Source: Moniliella sp. 'wahieum' (taxonomy: Eukaryota). Taken from it: a stretch of DNA of 64,000 bases. Location of the stretch: the NCBI GenBank assembly GCA_003971905.1, contig RSEE01000001.1, positions 1,550,001-1,614,000 on the forward strand. Reading direction: 5' to 3'. Within the stretch, counting starts at the first letter, position 1; every line of letters begins with the position of its first letter. Shown here one piece after another: positions 50,261-61,372 of the stretch. Made by a program: the position numbers and the translations under genes. The notes beneath the pieces are model-generated. The model worked only from the letters and a program-made list of their open reading frames with translations, had not been told where the DNA came from and did not search any database.

Positions 50261-51990
50261 GGAAGTTACTAGGTCTCGGTCACCGGTCACAACCAAAACG
50301 TTTTAATGCCAACTGCTACCACGGATTATATGGTAAAGCTAATAGTAATAGGACCCTACATTGTGGGACTTGTATGCCGGGCTTAACGCTAAGCACTTAT
50401 AGCGCTTCCTGGTACCCCACCATAAAAAGCCTCTTTGTGTACAAGGATTCCATATACACATTGGAAGTCGCTGCAGTTGAAGGGCATGTGCATGATGTAG
50501 TCATCCACATGTTTTCCACACACAGCTGTGCTGGTATGGAAGGTCGAATTAAGGGATGTGACCTGTAACCATGGCCGTGCGAGAGGAGAAGTGGTACTTA
50601 TAGGCTTCTCCGTGTCGATCGGTGACGCGGGTAATGCTCTGTTATATGGTTGCTGGACCTGCTACGAGCATTACTAGAATGACTTTTGGGGGACTACTGC
50701 CTACCCTACCTTCTTATACGCCGTGAGGCCGAACTCCGGCCATCGATGAGGCGCCGTCCATAGTGCCCCCAAGTTGTACTACTCTAGCAGGTCGGGTGGC
50801 CTTCTGTACTGTCGCATGTCACATGTCACATGTCATTGTCATGCAAGCACCGTGCAGAAAATTGAATCAGGTGGCACTCAGGAAGACCCTTCCGAGTGAT
50901 GAAAGAGTGATAATCGATAATGTGGTTTTCACCAGTCCCTGCCGCGGGGGAAACCATTTCTTCCTAAGTCCCAAAGCCAAGAACATTTCCTTTGGTGACA
51001 TGTGTCGATGACCCTAGTTTTGTTGACTAGTGACTTGCCTTTTTTGGTTTGACACGGTAGGGCTTGAGAGATAGGTTGGCCCGCGACAGACTGCCAGATA
51101 ATTGATTGATGGACACAAAATGCGTCAGACGCATATGTCCGTTTGAGCAGCACCTTTTTGACCCCACAATTGCCGACTGTGCCGTCAGATCACAGGCAAC
51201 ATCTGGTGGACCATAGACCATTTTGCTCTATACATCCTATATTCTGACTCGCGAAGCGATCGTGCACTTTCTCTAAGCTTCCATCAACGTCATCAACGCA
51301 TGTGCGGCCCGCAGAGCCACACCAGAAAGTCAATATACAGAAGTTAGTATATATACAGTAGAAAGTATAAGCGGGAGGACCTTTTTCGCCAGTTTTTCGT
51401 TTTTCTTTTTCTCCCTGCTGTCTCGCAAGTATCGTATCGCTCGTTGTAGCACCCCCGCCACTGCTTCATTACTATCCTCCCGTGGTTAATGATTACTGGC
51501 ACAATCCCTTGGGGTTCACATGTACGCCGAAAACCCATCTCTACTGTATATAAATCAACACTCAACAGAAGGACACAGAGACCACAAGTTATGACCGTAC
51601 CCTCGCCATCGTAACAATATAGCTCTGAGTTGCGCTGTTATACGCTCTGTGCGGGGTTAATTTGGCCGCCGCGACAGTACCCAAAGCGAACTACACTGTG
51701 CCCGTTTGCTCAAGTAAAATGGCAGGCCATCAACGATGGTCATCAAGCTCTGCAAGGTGCATAAGCGAGATTAATCATTCCCATATAAAACCCCTCCGCC
51801 ACTCGTTGATAAGCGACTACTTTTTCTGGTAGACACCATCACCTCCTCGCAGGATAAAGTTTTAAAGGTCCCCTGGTTGGGTTCGCTTGTCGATACAGGG
51901 GTGGATTGTTACCATCGGTGTGCCGGACACAGCGAACCTCACCTCCTATCGCACCTCCCGCCGCACCTACCGCCGCACCCCGCACTACCG

Positions 51991-52051
51991 CCACACTCCC
52001 CACACCTCCCACACCACACCTCCCACACCACACCTCCCACACCACACCTCC
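51991..52051. repeat. (CCACACCTCCCACA)-type 14-bp C/A-rich tandem repeat
   Basis: 3-4 copies upstream of the zinc-finger gene. Confidence 0.85.
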
Positions 52052-52232
52052 AACATCACACCTCTCACTCCATCGCTACAAAACCACTGCATTCCCATTG
52101 CGCTCGTTCATCTGGTTTGTATCTGCCCCATCGCTTGCGCGGCGCTCGTGTTGAGGCTCTCGACAACTTAACTGACCACAACATATTTACTCCTACTTCC
52201 CACTCCAGGCGACAGATATTTAAGAGCATAGG

Positions 52233-55025
52233 ATGAGTATGGAGCGTCCCTTGACGCATCCTTCTCTGAGGCGCCGAGAAAGAGAGGAGAGAAGCGATTA
52301 CTACCAACAGTCTTCCAAGAGCGTCGACCAGAGGAGCTGCAAGATAAGGACTCCAGGGTGTTTTCTAGTCACGCATGGGAGCAGCAGGTGCTATCTCCTC
52401 AAGAAAGGAGGGGTGTAGACCCACCGTATGAACGCAACCCCCGGCATTCGTTTCAGGGGGGCTTTCCTCCTCATCCATCAGAATTTTGGGCAGAGTCCAA
52501 TGCATCGAGTCATCCTTGGACAAGATATACCTCTGCTACTTGGTCAGGCCCTCGGGAGGACAGGAATCTGCCAAACCCCAATATGAGCGCGCATCGTCCT
52601 CTCTATCCGAAGCCTCACGCCGAACTGGGGGGATCCAGTCAACGCCGGAATGCCAACGAAGAGATTCCATCTTCCGAACCCCTGACTGGGGGGGCGGCCG
52701 GATTCGTCACGAGCGTCCAACACTTTCTCAACGTCCTCCTCAATTGCCTTCCTTCAACCTCGCCTTTGGGACTGACACCATTACACCAAGGCGACCGCCA
52801 ATGATGAGCCCATACCGGGGCACAGCTGCAATACACCATTTCTCGAGTCCAGACGGTGGACAGCGTGACCATGCTAGCTTGTCTGAGTACAACACAATTC
52901 AGCAGCCTGTGGTAAAACGTCGTCGCCTGTCAACATTAGTATCGGGCCAGTTCCCTCCTTTCCATCGTGGCCATACCCTCGAGAGGCAAGGCATTCGTTC
53001 GCTCAGTCACTGCCCACTTGTTTGCCCACGGGCATGGTTTTCGCGGACAGCGGCGCTGGTCCAGCCGCTCACCCAGCACACGGGCGTGAGGAACTAGTAG
53101 GCCACACGCGTCAGCATTGGGGGCCAGTACAAGCGCCACCGCCGTTCCATTCCATGAATCTCTCCCTCTCGGGAAGGGGGTGTTGGTCAATGGACAAAAC
53201 CATTCCGATGACACTTACGCCCATCCTGGGCCATCCTCCCGAAAAAGTGTGGGAGTGGCGAGGGCGAGCATGTCTGAACCAACAGAAAAAGGAACGCCAC
53301 GATTGAAAGCGGCACTAGTAGGGAAGAAAGTACTGCTTCTGTTGCTTCCGCTCCCCGAAAGGCTACCTCCTCTTCGTCCTCCTCTTCCTCCTCTTCCTCT
53401 CCTCCTCCTCTCCACGCGCAGGCCCACCTGGGGGCCAGCGTCTCGCCAACAGACGGATGAAGGAGGTTGTGAAATGGAAGATACGTGAGCCAGCGCAGCC
53501 CCGTCCCCGCAAACAGCGGAAACGGGACGTGTCTTCTTCCAAACACGCAGTTCCTGGGGATTTACTTGTACGGCCCTATGCCTGTGGTGTGCCCGCTTGT
53601 AACTCACCTGGACTCGCATTATCAAGCCTAACGAGGTGGAGACCCGTACATTGGCTCGTATTTTACCACACACCCGGCCGTCGAAGGCGATGGCCCCGTT
53701 CTTTGGCCCAGTTACCGCTGCGTCCGATGACGGCGATGGGGAAGAAGCAAGTTCCAACCGAGTGGCAACGTACCTTAGCGGAGCTGCGCTCACCCACCAT
53801 ATTGCCCGCGCCCATCCTGAGATCTCCAATGCTCTCTATGCTCAACGCAAGACGGAGCGTAGCGTCCCTTCTTCAATGGCAGGCGGCGATTCAGCTCGTG
53901 CGTCGGGCAGTAGCAGCGGCACCAATCATCATTCGGAGTTTAAAGAGCCGGAGAGGGTTACCTCAGATGGCCCTCATCTCTCTCCGTTTGAGGCACAGTT
54001 CAAGGAGATGTGATGGCTGGCTTGTACTGCTGCTCCATACCGGGGTGCACGGCAGCCTACCCCCGCCTGTCCAGCCTGCTCTACCACATCCAAATTGCGG
54101 GGATTGGAGCCCATGGCCACGCCGTGTTGGCTAACGGTCTGTGTTTGCAGAACGATACCAAGAGTCCACCAGAGGACTCGAGTGTAAGTTCCTTCAATAC
54201 TTTTTCCCCCAAAGAAAAGCGGTCCAGCCAATTCGCCACTGCGCACCGCTCAGCGACTCTACGAGACGGCTCAGGCACCTCTGGCCAAGAAACACGCAGA
54301 GAGTGGGACTATTTGGGAATGCGGCGTGCTGATCTTGAGGCCTTTGTCAAACGGGAACACGACTGCCGTACCCATAGCCAGAGCGCTGCCCAGGCCAAAT
54401 TCAAGTTCCCTTGTCCTCTCACCACCAGGCCACGGGGTATGAAACACGCCCAACCCCTCTGACTTTGGTCTTGCTGGAGCTGAATCGGTTAATGAGTCGT
54501 GCGGGGGGTAGGGCTCAATGGGCCAATATGGACAAGACATCTGAATTTGGAACGAGAGCCAGTCGGGACACGTACCTTCCTTCGGGTACCGTGGGCGTTC
54601 TTTCCCCTCCCTTTGAGAACATGACTTATCGCAACCAAGCTGCTGACACTTTTACGACCCGTGGAAGCTTCCCTATCCTCGGTCAAGAGGAAGAAGACGA
54701 AGCAGTAGGGGCTGGCATCCCTTGCACCAAGACCTTTCAACAACGTGGAGGTCTTGTGTATCACCTGGTCAATGCCCACGGTACATTGATGCAAAAGGTG
54801 GTGCCGATGTGCCATGCGTTTGGTTGGGTTGACACGGATGATTATTCACCTTCCCTTTTGGATGGACGAATCCCTCGTTGTACCCCTTGCTCCGCCCTCT
54901 CGGTCAAGTTAGAGGAGGCCATTGTCCGTCTTGGATTGGTCTCTTCGGGACCTAGTGCGATGCGTGCATTGCTCAGTTTCTTGACAATGACCGCGCCACC
55001 TTTCACGCGTTGCGCGCTGTCTTGA
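52233..55025 (+). CDS. Putative C2H2 zinc-finger transcription factor with dispersed, split fingers
   Basis: RPYACGVPAC...HIARAH, YCCSIPGCTAAYPRLSSLLYHIQ....H, KFPCP...PCTKTFQQRGGLVYHLVNAH. Low-complexity N-terminus; boundaries uncertain. Confidence 0.65.
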
Positions 55026-57050
55026 GACGGATGGCAACACTGTAAATTAAGAGAATAAGGAATGAAGAGTGAATGTGAGCTATGTGTATATAGGCGTCAT
55101 GAACTAATAGGCTCACCTCCAATTATTCTGTGTGTGGTCCACAGTTGAACACATACACATTTACAGCATAGCATGATACAGATACAATACATACTGGATA
55201 CGGCACCCTTTTGTTTTCCTCTCTTCTTTTTCGACCATGGAATGGGTGTTTTCTCTGTGTCTTCAGATTGTTGCCGATGGCGACTCTCGGATCTAATTTC
55301 GTAGTGCTTCAATTTATCAGTATTACTTGAGGTTGGGGCAGCCTCTCATCAGCAGAACACATGAGGCGCCTGATGCTAGGATGTGACGGCATTTGGCTGT
55401 GAAAAAGGGTGCCGGAATCAACCCTCCGGAAAGCCTTGATTCTGGGCTGCGATGCGCCGCTCATAGATCCCAGATCCGTCCAGAATTGGTGGAGCGCCGA
55501 CACCATAACATCGGCCATCCGCTGTTTTGACCTAACACCTGATGTTTGGACGCGGCACAGCCTCAATCTGAACCTAGTCCTGAGCGCCTTACCTCCCTGG
55601 AAGTCCTGCTTGTATTAGTGCACGATAAGTCGCTACTAGGTCTGAGATCGGACGATAATGGTGGAGCCGGGGCACCATCAACACCGACCTGTCCGTATTT
55701 GAACCTATACTGTGCACCATCTCTTGAGCATGTGAACAGATGCAGCTGTTAGTCGGCAGGCACCCTGGTGGAAGGCGAACGACTCAACTATAACCATTCT
55801 CTTTCATGAGGTAAGCCCCACAAACGGTTCAATCTGTCGATCTGTTCCCATCCTGTCAGGCTCGGGTGATTTTCCGTCTACCCACAGTAGCGCCAACTGA
55901 GTCCAAACTCGAGTCCAAAAGCGCCAACAGAGTCCAAACTCGAGTCCAAAAGCCAGGATGATTGGGAACCTTGATGTTGCAAGCATGTGCATGAGAAGAG
56001 TGCACACCACTCCTCTCCAGTGGAGAAGTGTATGTTAGGTCGGAGGGTCATCCCTGAAAACTTAAGTGGACACCTGAAAACTCAAGTGGAATATGCATGT
56101 CAGTGAACGAGCGGGGGATGCGCTTACACATTGGGTGTGGGAGAAGTGCGGGGTGATTTTGCCGGGGGCCTATAAGCGAATGGATGAGAGATGTCACATG
56201 TCACATGTGACACAAAGCGTCGGATGCCGGCGGTGGAAGCGGGGCGGACCGGACAGTGCGGACCGTGCGGCTCAGCCTCAGCCTCACTAGTTACTGCGGC
56301 CGATGCGTCGCGCTGGCCTTTTGCCATGCGTACTACCAGTTACCAGCTTAATTCCACCCCGTCGACTTCCCTAGATGCGTCTCCCCAAGTAGCTCTGCAG
56401 CCGTCCACTCGTCGCTCTTCCGCCGCCATTTTCGCGCACAAAAAAAACAAATGTGGGAGGCGAGCAAGGCAGCCGGGGAGGAAGTTGCTTGCATTGGCCA
56501 AGCAGCGCTTGTATGTGTTTGGGGAAAGGGTTAACAGGCTCAGGGGCGAGCTCCGAGCCGTCTTCAATCCGGAAGAGGTGAATCCCCGTTGGCATCTCCC
56601 AGATCAGGCAGGCTACAACCACGTCGTGGTCGAGTGGCTTCCAACACGATTCTCCCTGCAGCTGCAGCTACATCATCGATTTGGTCGACAACAACAGGCA
56701 CACAGCCCTCGCGACAAGGAATCGCACGTGGAGGAGAAAGGCAAAATCAATGACGCATGTAGGGCCGGTATCTGTGCCGTCGTCCGGCAGCCTCCTGGAC
56801 GCAGCTCAACAAGCAGCCCCTGGTTCTCTTTGGTCTGCGCACGCCGCCGGGGCTAGGAGCCGTGTGGGGAGCGGCGCCGGGGCCAGCGCGGCCGAGGCCA
56901 GCGTCGACGGCGGTGGCGGGTGGAGATGCGAAAATAACGCATACCCCGGGCGGAAACGTGCCAGCGGGGGCGGAATGGCCATTTGTCAGCCTGCGGCCGC
57001 TGCTCGCTCGCCGCCTCTCCACACGAACGCAGCTCCACCACCGGCCCGCC

Positions 57051-57519
57051 ATGTCCACAACGGCGTACAGCGCGGCGCACAAGGCGTACGTGCAGCTGCT
57101 GTACAAGCGTTACTGCAAGAACGCTTTTGACCTCGGTGGCAGCATGCTCAATTGGCGCTATGACGTGCTGGACATTCGGGCCCGCTTCGAAGCCAACCGC
57201 AACGTGCTCAACCCACGTGCATTGGCTCATGTTCTGGCCCCGGCCGAGGAGCTCAAGAGGATCCAACACCCGGCGCCTTACATCCCTCCCAACCAGCCGA
57301 ACGGCACCAAGTGGTACGTGCTTTTATTTTCTTGTTTTGACTGCGTACCTGCGCGCTGACTCTGCCCTCTCCTTCCTTTCCCTTTTCTCGCTCCTCAGGG
57401 ACCGCGACCCGGCCCCGCGTACGGACTGGAGTTATGAGAGTACGATCCAGGGTGACCTCAAGCCTTCCTGGAAGAACGCTAAGACGGGAGGCAGCAATGA
57501 TTTCCGCAATTCATGTTGA
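57051..57519 (+). CDS. NDUFB9: Complex I B22 subunit (LYR family)
   Basis: AHKAYVQLLYKR.., IRARFEANRNV.NPR, HPAPYIPP..P.GTKW|DR. Intron 57314..57398. Confidence 0.88.
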
Positions 57520-57582
57520 TCCCAATCACTGTTCAAGCAGCACCCAAGCGAGAATGAGTGCACGGAGAGAGAGAAAGCTCAT

Positions 57583-58895
57583 TCAATTTGTTCGCCGGTC
57601 AAAACGACGGTTGACCCCACCAAGCAGGGCCTTGACGATCAAGTCGTACGAAAGGCCATCCCGCTATAGGGTGTAGTATCGACGATATCCCTCACCCTTG
57701 GGACGAAGAGATGGTATCATCCAGTTCTTGGAGAAATTCGGTTGCCTCCGGATCGTTCCCCACTTGGATAAAGAGAAACCAACCTGAGAAATAGGGAAAT
57801 GGTTCTGATCCAAACGGCGGGCAATCGAAATAATCACATCCTCAACCTCGTCGGTCGCCGCGCCATCGTAAGAACAAGGTAATTACGTTTGGGGGGCTCC
57901 ACCAATCCTTCCGGCAATGGCTTGCCAATCGCCTTGCTTTGCTTGACCACTCAATCGTATCCAGGTACTCCATGATCAACTCCTCGATCTTAGCCCCTGT
58001 TGGAGTCGCACCGTCAGGGGAGATGGAATCAAACAGTGCACGTACCGCGGCAGGATCAGTACAAGAGAGCAGTGCTGGGGAGCATTGAGAAAATGGACAT
58101 CCACTCCGTCAGGGTCCTTGTCCTTGACCAAAGCCACAAGACCCGCTAGGGCATCCTTGGCTTCCTGCCACCGCGTCAACCCCTCTTGTCCTGCAGCTGC
58201 ATAGAGCCACTGTCATCAACAATCAGGACCGTATCAAACGCTTTGAGCAAATCCAATGGGTCTTCTGTGTACTTGCCGCCCGTATTCGCCTGCCGCATCG
58301 ATCGTGTGGCTCTGCCTGAAACCCCACCTACAGGGCGTGGTAAATCAGGTGTGTTATGTTGCTGCTGTAGGGGAACAGGGGGATGCCGGGGATCACTCCA
58401 TTGACTTGTGGGCGAGGCAGGACCGGAGGGAGAGATGTGTCCGGGGCCCTGAGGTGTGTATCCTGTTGGAGACGAGACCAAGGAGGGAGTGGCAGCGCTG
58501 AAGGTGTTAGAATAGGGACGGTCCAACGGGGGCGAAGATGCAATAAAGTCCATCCCACTCGCCAGGCTGTTCCGGCCTGCCGGCGACAGGGGGCCCGACG
58601 ATGGCTCCTCGACCAACTGCCCTTGGTGGAAGGGAGGGGGCTACCGCCGCGGCAGGGTCGCCCACACAATAGGCCGGCGGGGGTGCATCTTGCTGAAAGC
58701 AGGAGGTGAATGAGTAGAACGCTTGGAGCGCCGGATGCTGAAGAGACCCATGCTGTGGCCAGGAGCAGGATGCCGGTGGTGGTGGGGGCGGGAGTGCTAT
58801 GGTCGCCGGAGTGCCTCTAACGGGGGCGCTGCGTCGAGCTCCGCAGTCGCTCATCTCGGCCACGAGGCCAGTGTCCTTGGCAGAGCCTCACCCAT
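57583..58895 (-). CDS. Fungal von Willebrand factor type A (VWA) domain protein
   Basis: FDTVLIVDDSGSM (MIDAS DxSxS), RWQEAKDAL, DPDGVDVHFLN, GATPTG, LVLTDG.ATD, FIQVGND..ATEFL.ELDD, DIVDTTPY, KALLGGVNRRFD. Confidence 0.85.
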
Positions 58896-61372
58896 GACAT
58901 CATCGCCAGGGCGCAACGCATCACATAAGGTGGGGGGGGGGCTGTGGGGCCGGCACTCGTGAACATTGAAACTGAGTGGCTCTTGTGACCCTGCCCTTCT
59001 CTCAAACGAAAACGCCACCATCTGCCAAAGGCATACCGTCACGAGCGATCGTCACGAGTCAATTACTCACTAGTTATAGTAATCACTGGACAGATCCAAC
59101 AGTGAGAGCAACAACGCAAGCATTATCACGGCCCTTGATGCAGTATGCTCTTTGGAACAATCGAGTCAACGAAAACAGAATGCAGTAGTCTCTATCGGAG
59201 GAAAGTTAACAGTATAGCTGATAGTATAGCTCAACAGTCACTATATCCGGGTGGCAAGAGTGCCTCCCCACGAGCCCTGTCAGGGGCGGGCCCCGTCAGG
59301 GGGTTCATCCACCAGGTTTGTGGGGTGCAACCCCCCTTAGAAGACCGAAGGACGACTCACGGTAGTTTCGGGCTTGTGCTAGTAGTTGTGGTGGATTCGA
59401 GCGTAGGTAGGGACGAGCAGCTGAGGGCTTTGGGCGCGAAGCAGACTGAGGCGGCTGCATGTGGGGCAAGGCTGCATACGCACCGGCGTGGGGTAGTAAC
59501 GTGTCTGAAGCCTCCGAGGGTTAGGCTTAGCGACGGGGTTAGAGGCAACAGTGGAGGACAAACACTGCCAGAGCTGGGACCAGTGAACAGGGGCGGCGTG
59601 TGTTCTTGCATTGGATTTAGGGAGGACTTTCATAGCCATCGCCTCTCGATACGGTGGTATTTAGGGGGTGCTTTTATATGTTTTTTTTTGTACATTTGCA
59701 GCTGCTGCCATTTTGCAACCGCTGCTATACCGGCAGCTGCTCTCTTGGGCACCATAGATGATGCTTTCTTTTGTAATGCTCTTCTGAGGGGTGGGAAGCG
59801 AGTTGGAAAGTGTAGGATGGTGTCACGGGCAAAGACGAGAGCCAGCGAACCCTGCTCAGAATACAATGCTCTCTCTTTTCTCCAGGCATTCCGTGTGACC
59901 CTGACGGCACAGGCCGGGCGCGTACCGGGCTCTCGCCCATTTGTGTTAAGAGTAGGTTCTTTGCGGATTTCATGCGAGTTAGCCGTCCTAGTAATAGGGA
60001 TGCTCTCCTTTCCCAACTACTAACAGAGATGGGGGAAGATGGGGGAAGCTGACTAGGAGTAAAGCATGAGGAAAAGCCTTGCGAAGGGGGGGTGAGGCTG
60101 AGGTGAGAAAAGTTACGGATGCTTTGTTCAATCCTCACAGAACTCTCTCCCAAACCATCTCTATCATTAGGATCGTGGAGCGCCGGTAATACAGAGATAC
60201 CTGGCAGCTAACGGAGGTATCGACTCTTCTGCGGTTCCATGGTGACGACATTTGCCTTTGTGCCTGCTTAGTAGTTTTCTGTCGCTGGTCCACTTTTCGG
60301 CCCCGTTGACGATAGCGATCAGCTGGCCCATTTGTTTCCGATCCGTGTTCACCTCTCTGGAACATCTTCTAGTACGGTTATAGGAGTGCAACTGCTCCAC
60401 AATCCCTTGTACATGTCCTCTGCTCTCCAGTAGAATGCGCTCCCAGATTCAACTCAATCGGATTGTGGCTGGCAAGCGCGGCAGTTCTACGTATTCATGC
60501 GACAATAGCCGCCTTTCGCCCAAGTGAATTGGTAGCCCCACGTGGCCACCCAATTATCAGAGTATCTTCCTTTGCGACGACGGTCACCCGTTTCCCATAC
60601 CAGGCTTTCATTTCTAGGTCGCCCGTCCGGCAACCGTGCAACCGCGCATCCCCTCTTTTCCTCTGTTGCCCCGTTCTTCCTCTATTGCATTACTTTCCCT
60701 TAGTCCGCTTTCATTATCGGCTGATCTGTTAACAAGGGTTCGAGGTTTTACCCCACAGCCCTTTATTGGCGTCTACGACTGTACTCTCCTCGCCAATTTG
60801 ATCAACGGGCCACTGTACAATCAACTCCTTCTCTTAGTTGCTCCTCCGCTTCCCGACCTCGTCTCCAGATCCCGTTTCAGCTCTCTGTCCCTCAGTCAAC
60901 ACAGTTCGTGTGTTCTACCCATGTGCCAGGTCGAAGCCCAGCTCAGTTCAGCCGCGTGTGATCCGCTTTCAGTCACGCCGCCCCCGTCCCAGTTCAGATA
61001 CAGCCCTGGCAGTGTTTTTGTCCTTCGCTGCCACTCTCTGCCAGAGCCCGAAGGCTTTTGACATGCTCCTGCCACTCAAGACAGTGCGCAACACACTGGC
61101 CGTGTGACACCTAGTTGCACCCATCTCGACTAGGCGTCAAGCAGCCTTTCCTGGTTCCTAGGTCCGCTAGGATCTACGGCCATTATGTTCAAGCAGAAAC
61201 ACATTGAGTCGTCTTCTCCCTCTCCATGGGATCATATCACTAAACACCCCTGGGTAACCCCTTTCGTTGGGGCCCGCTCATAACAGGGGTCCATGACATT
61301 AATCTCCGTGGAGGCCTTTTAGTAATACTGAGGCTAGGGATAGGGTCGCTATACCCTGATGAACGTGATACC

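Noticed and set aside
50890..51010. Possible C/D-box snoRNA (GTGATGA box C)
   Set aside because: No suitably placed CTGA box D, terminal stem or recognisable rRNA guide.
1493..58895. Pervasive frameshifts in nearly all genes, which could suggest mass pseudogenisation, programmed frameshifting or insertional RNA editing
   Set aside because: They are mostly single-base deletions, often in short homopolymers or dinucleotides. They hit essential genes (PIS1, RPC17, complex I) whose residues are otherwise well conserved and which have no nonsense codons. This is the typical profile of an unpolished long-read consensus; mapping short reads would settle it.
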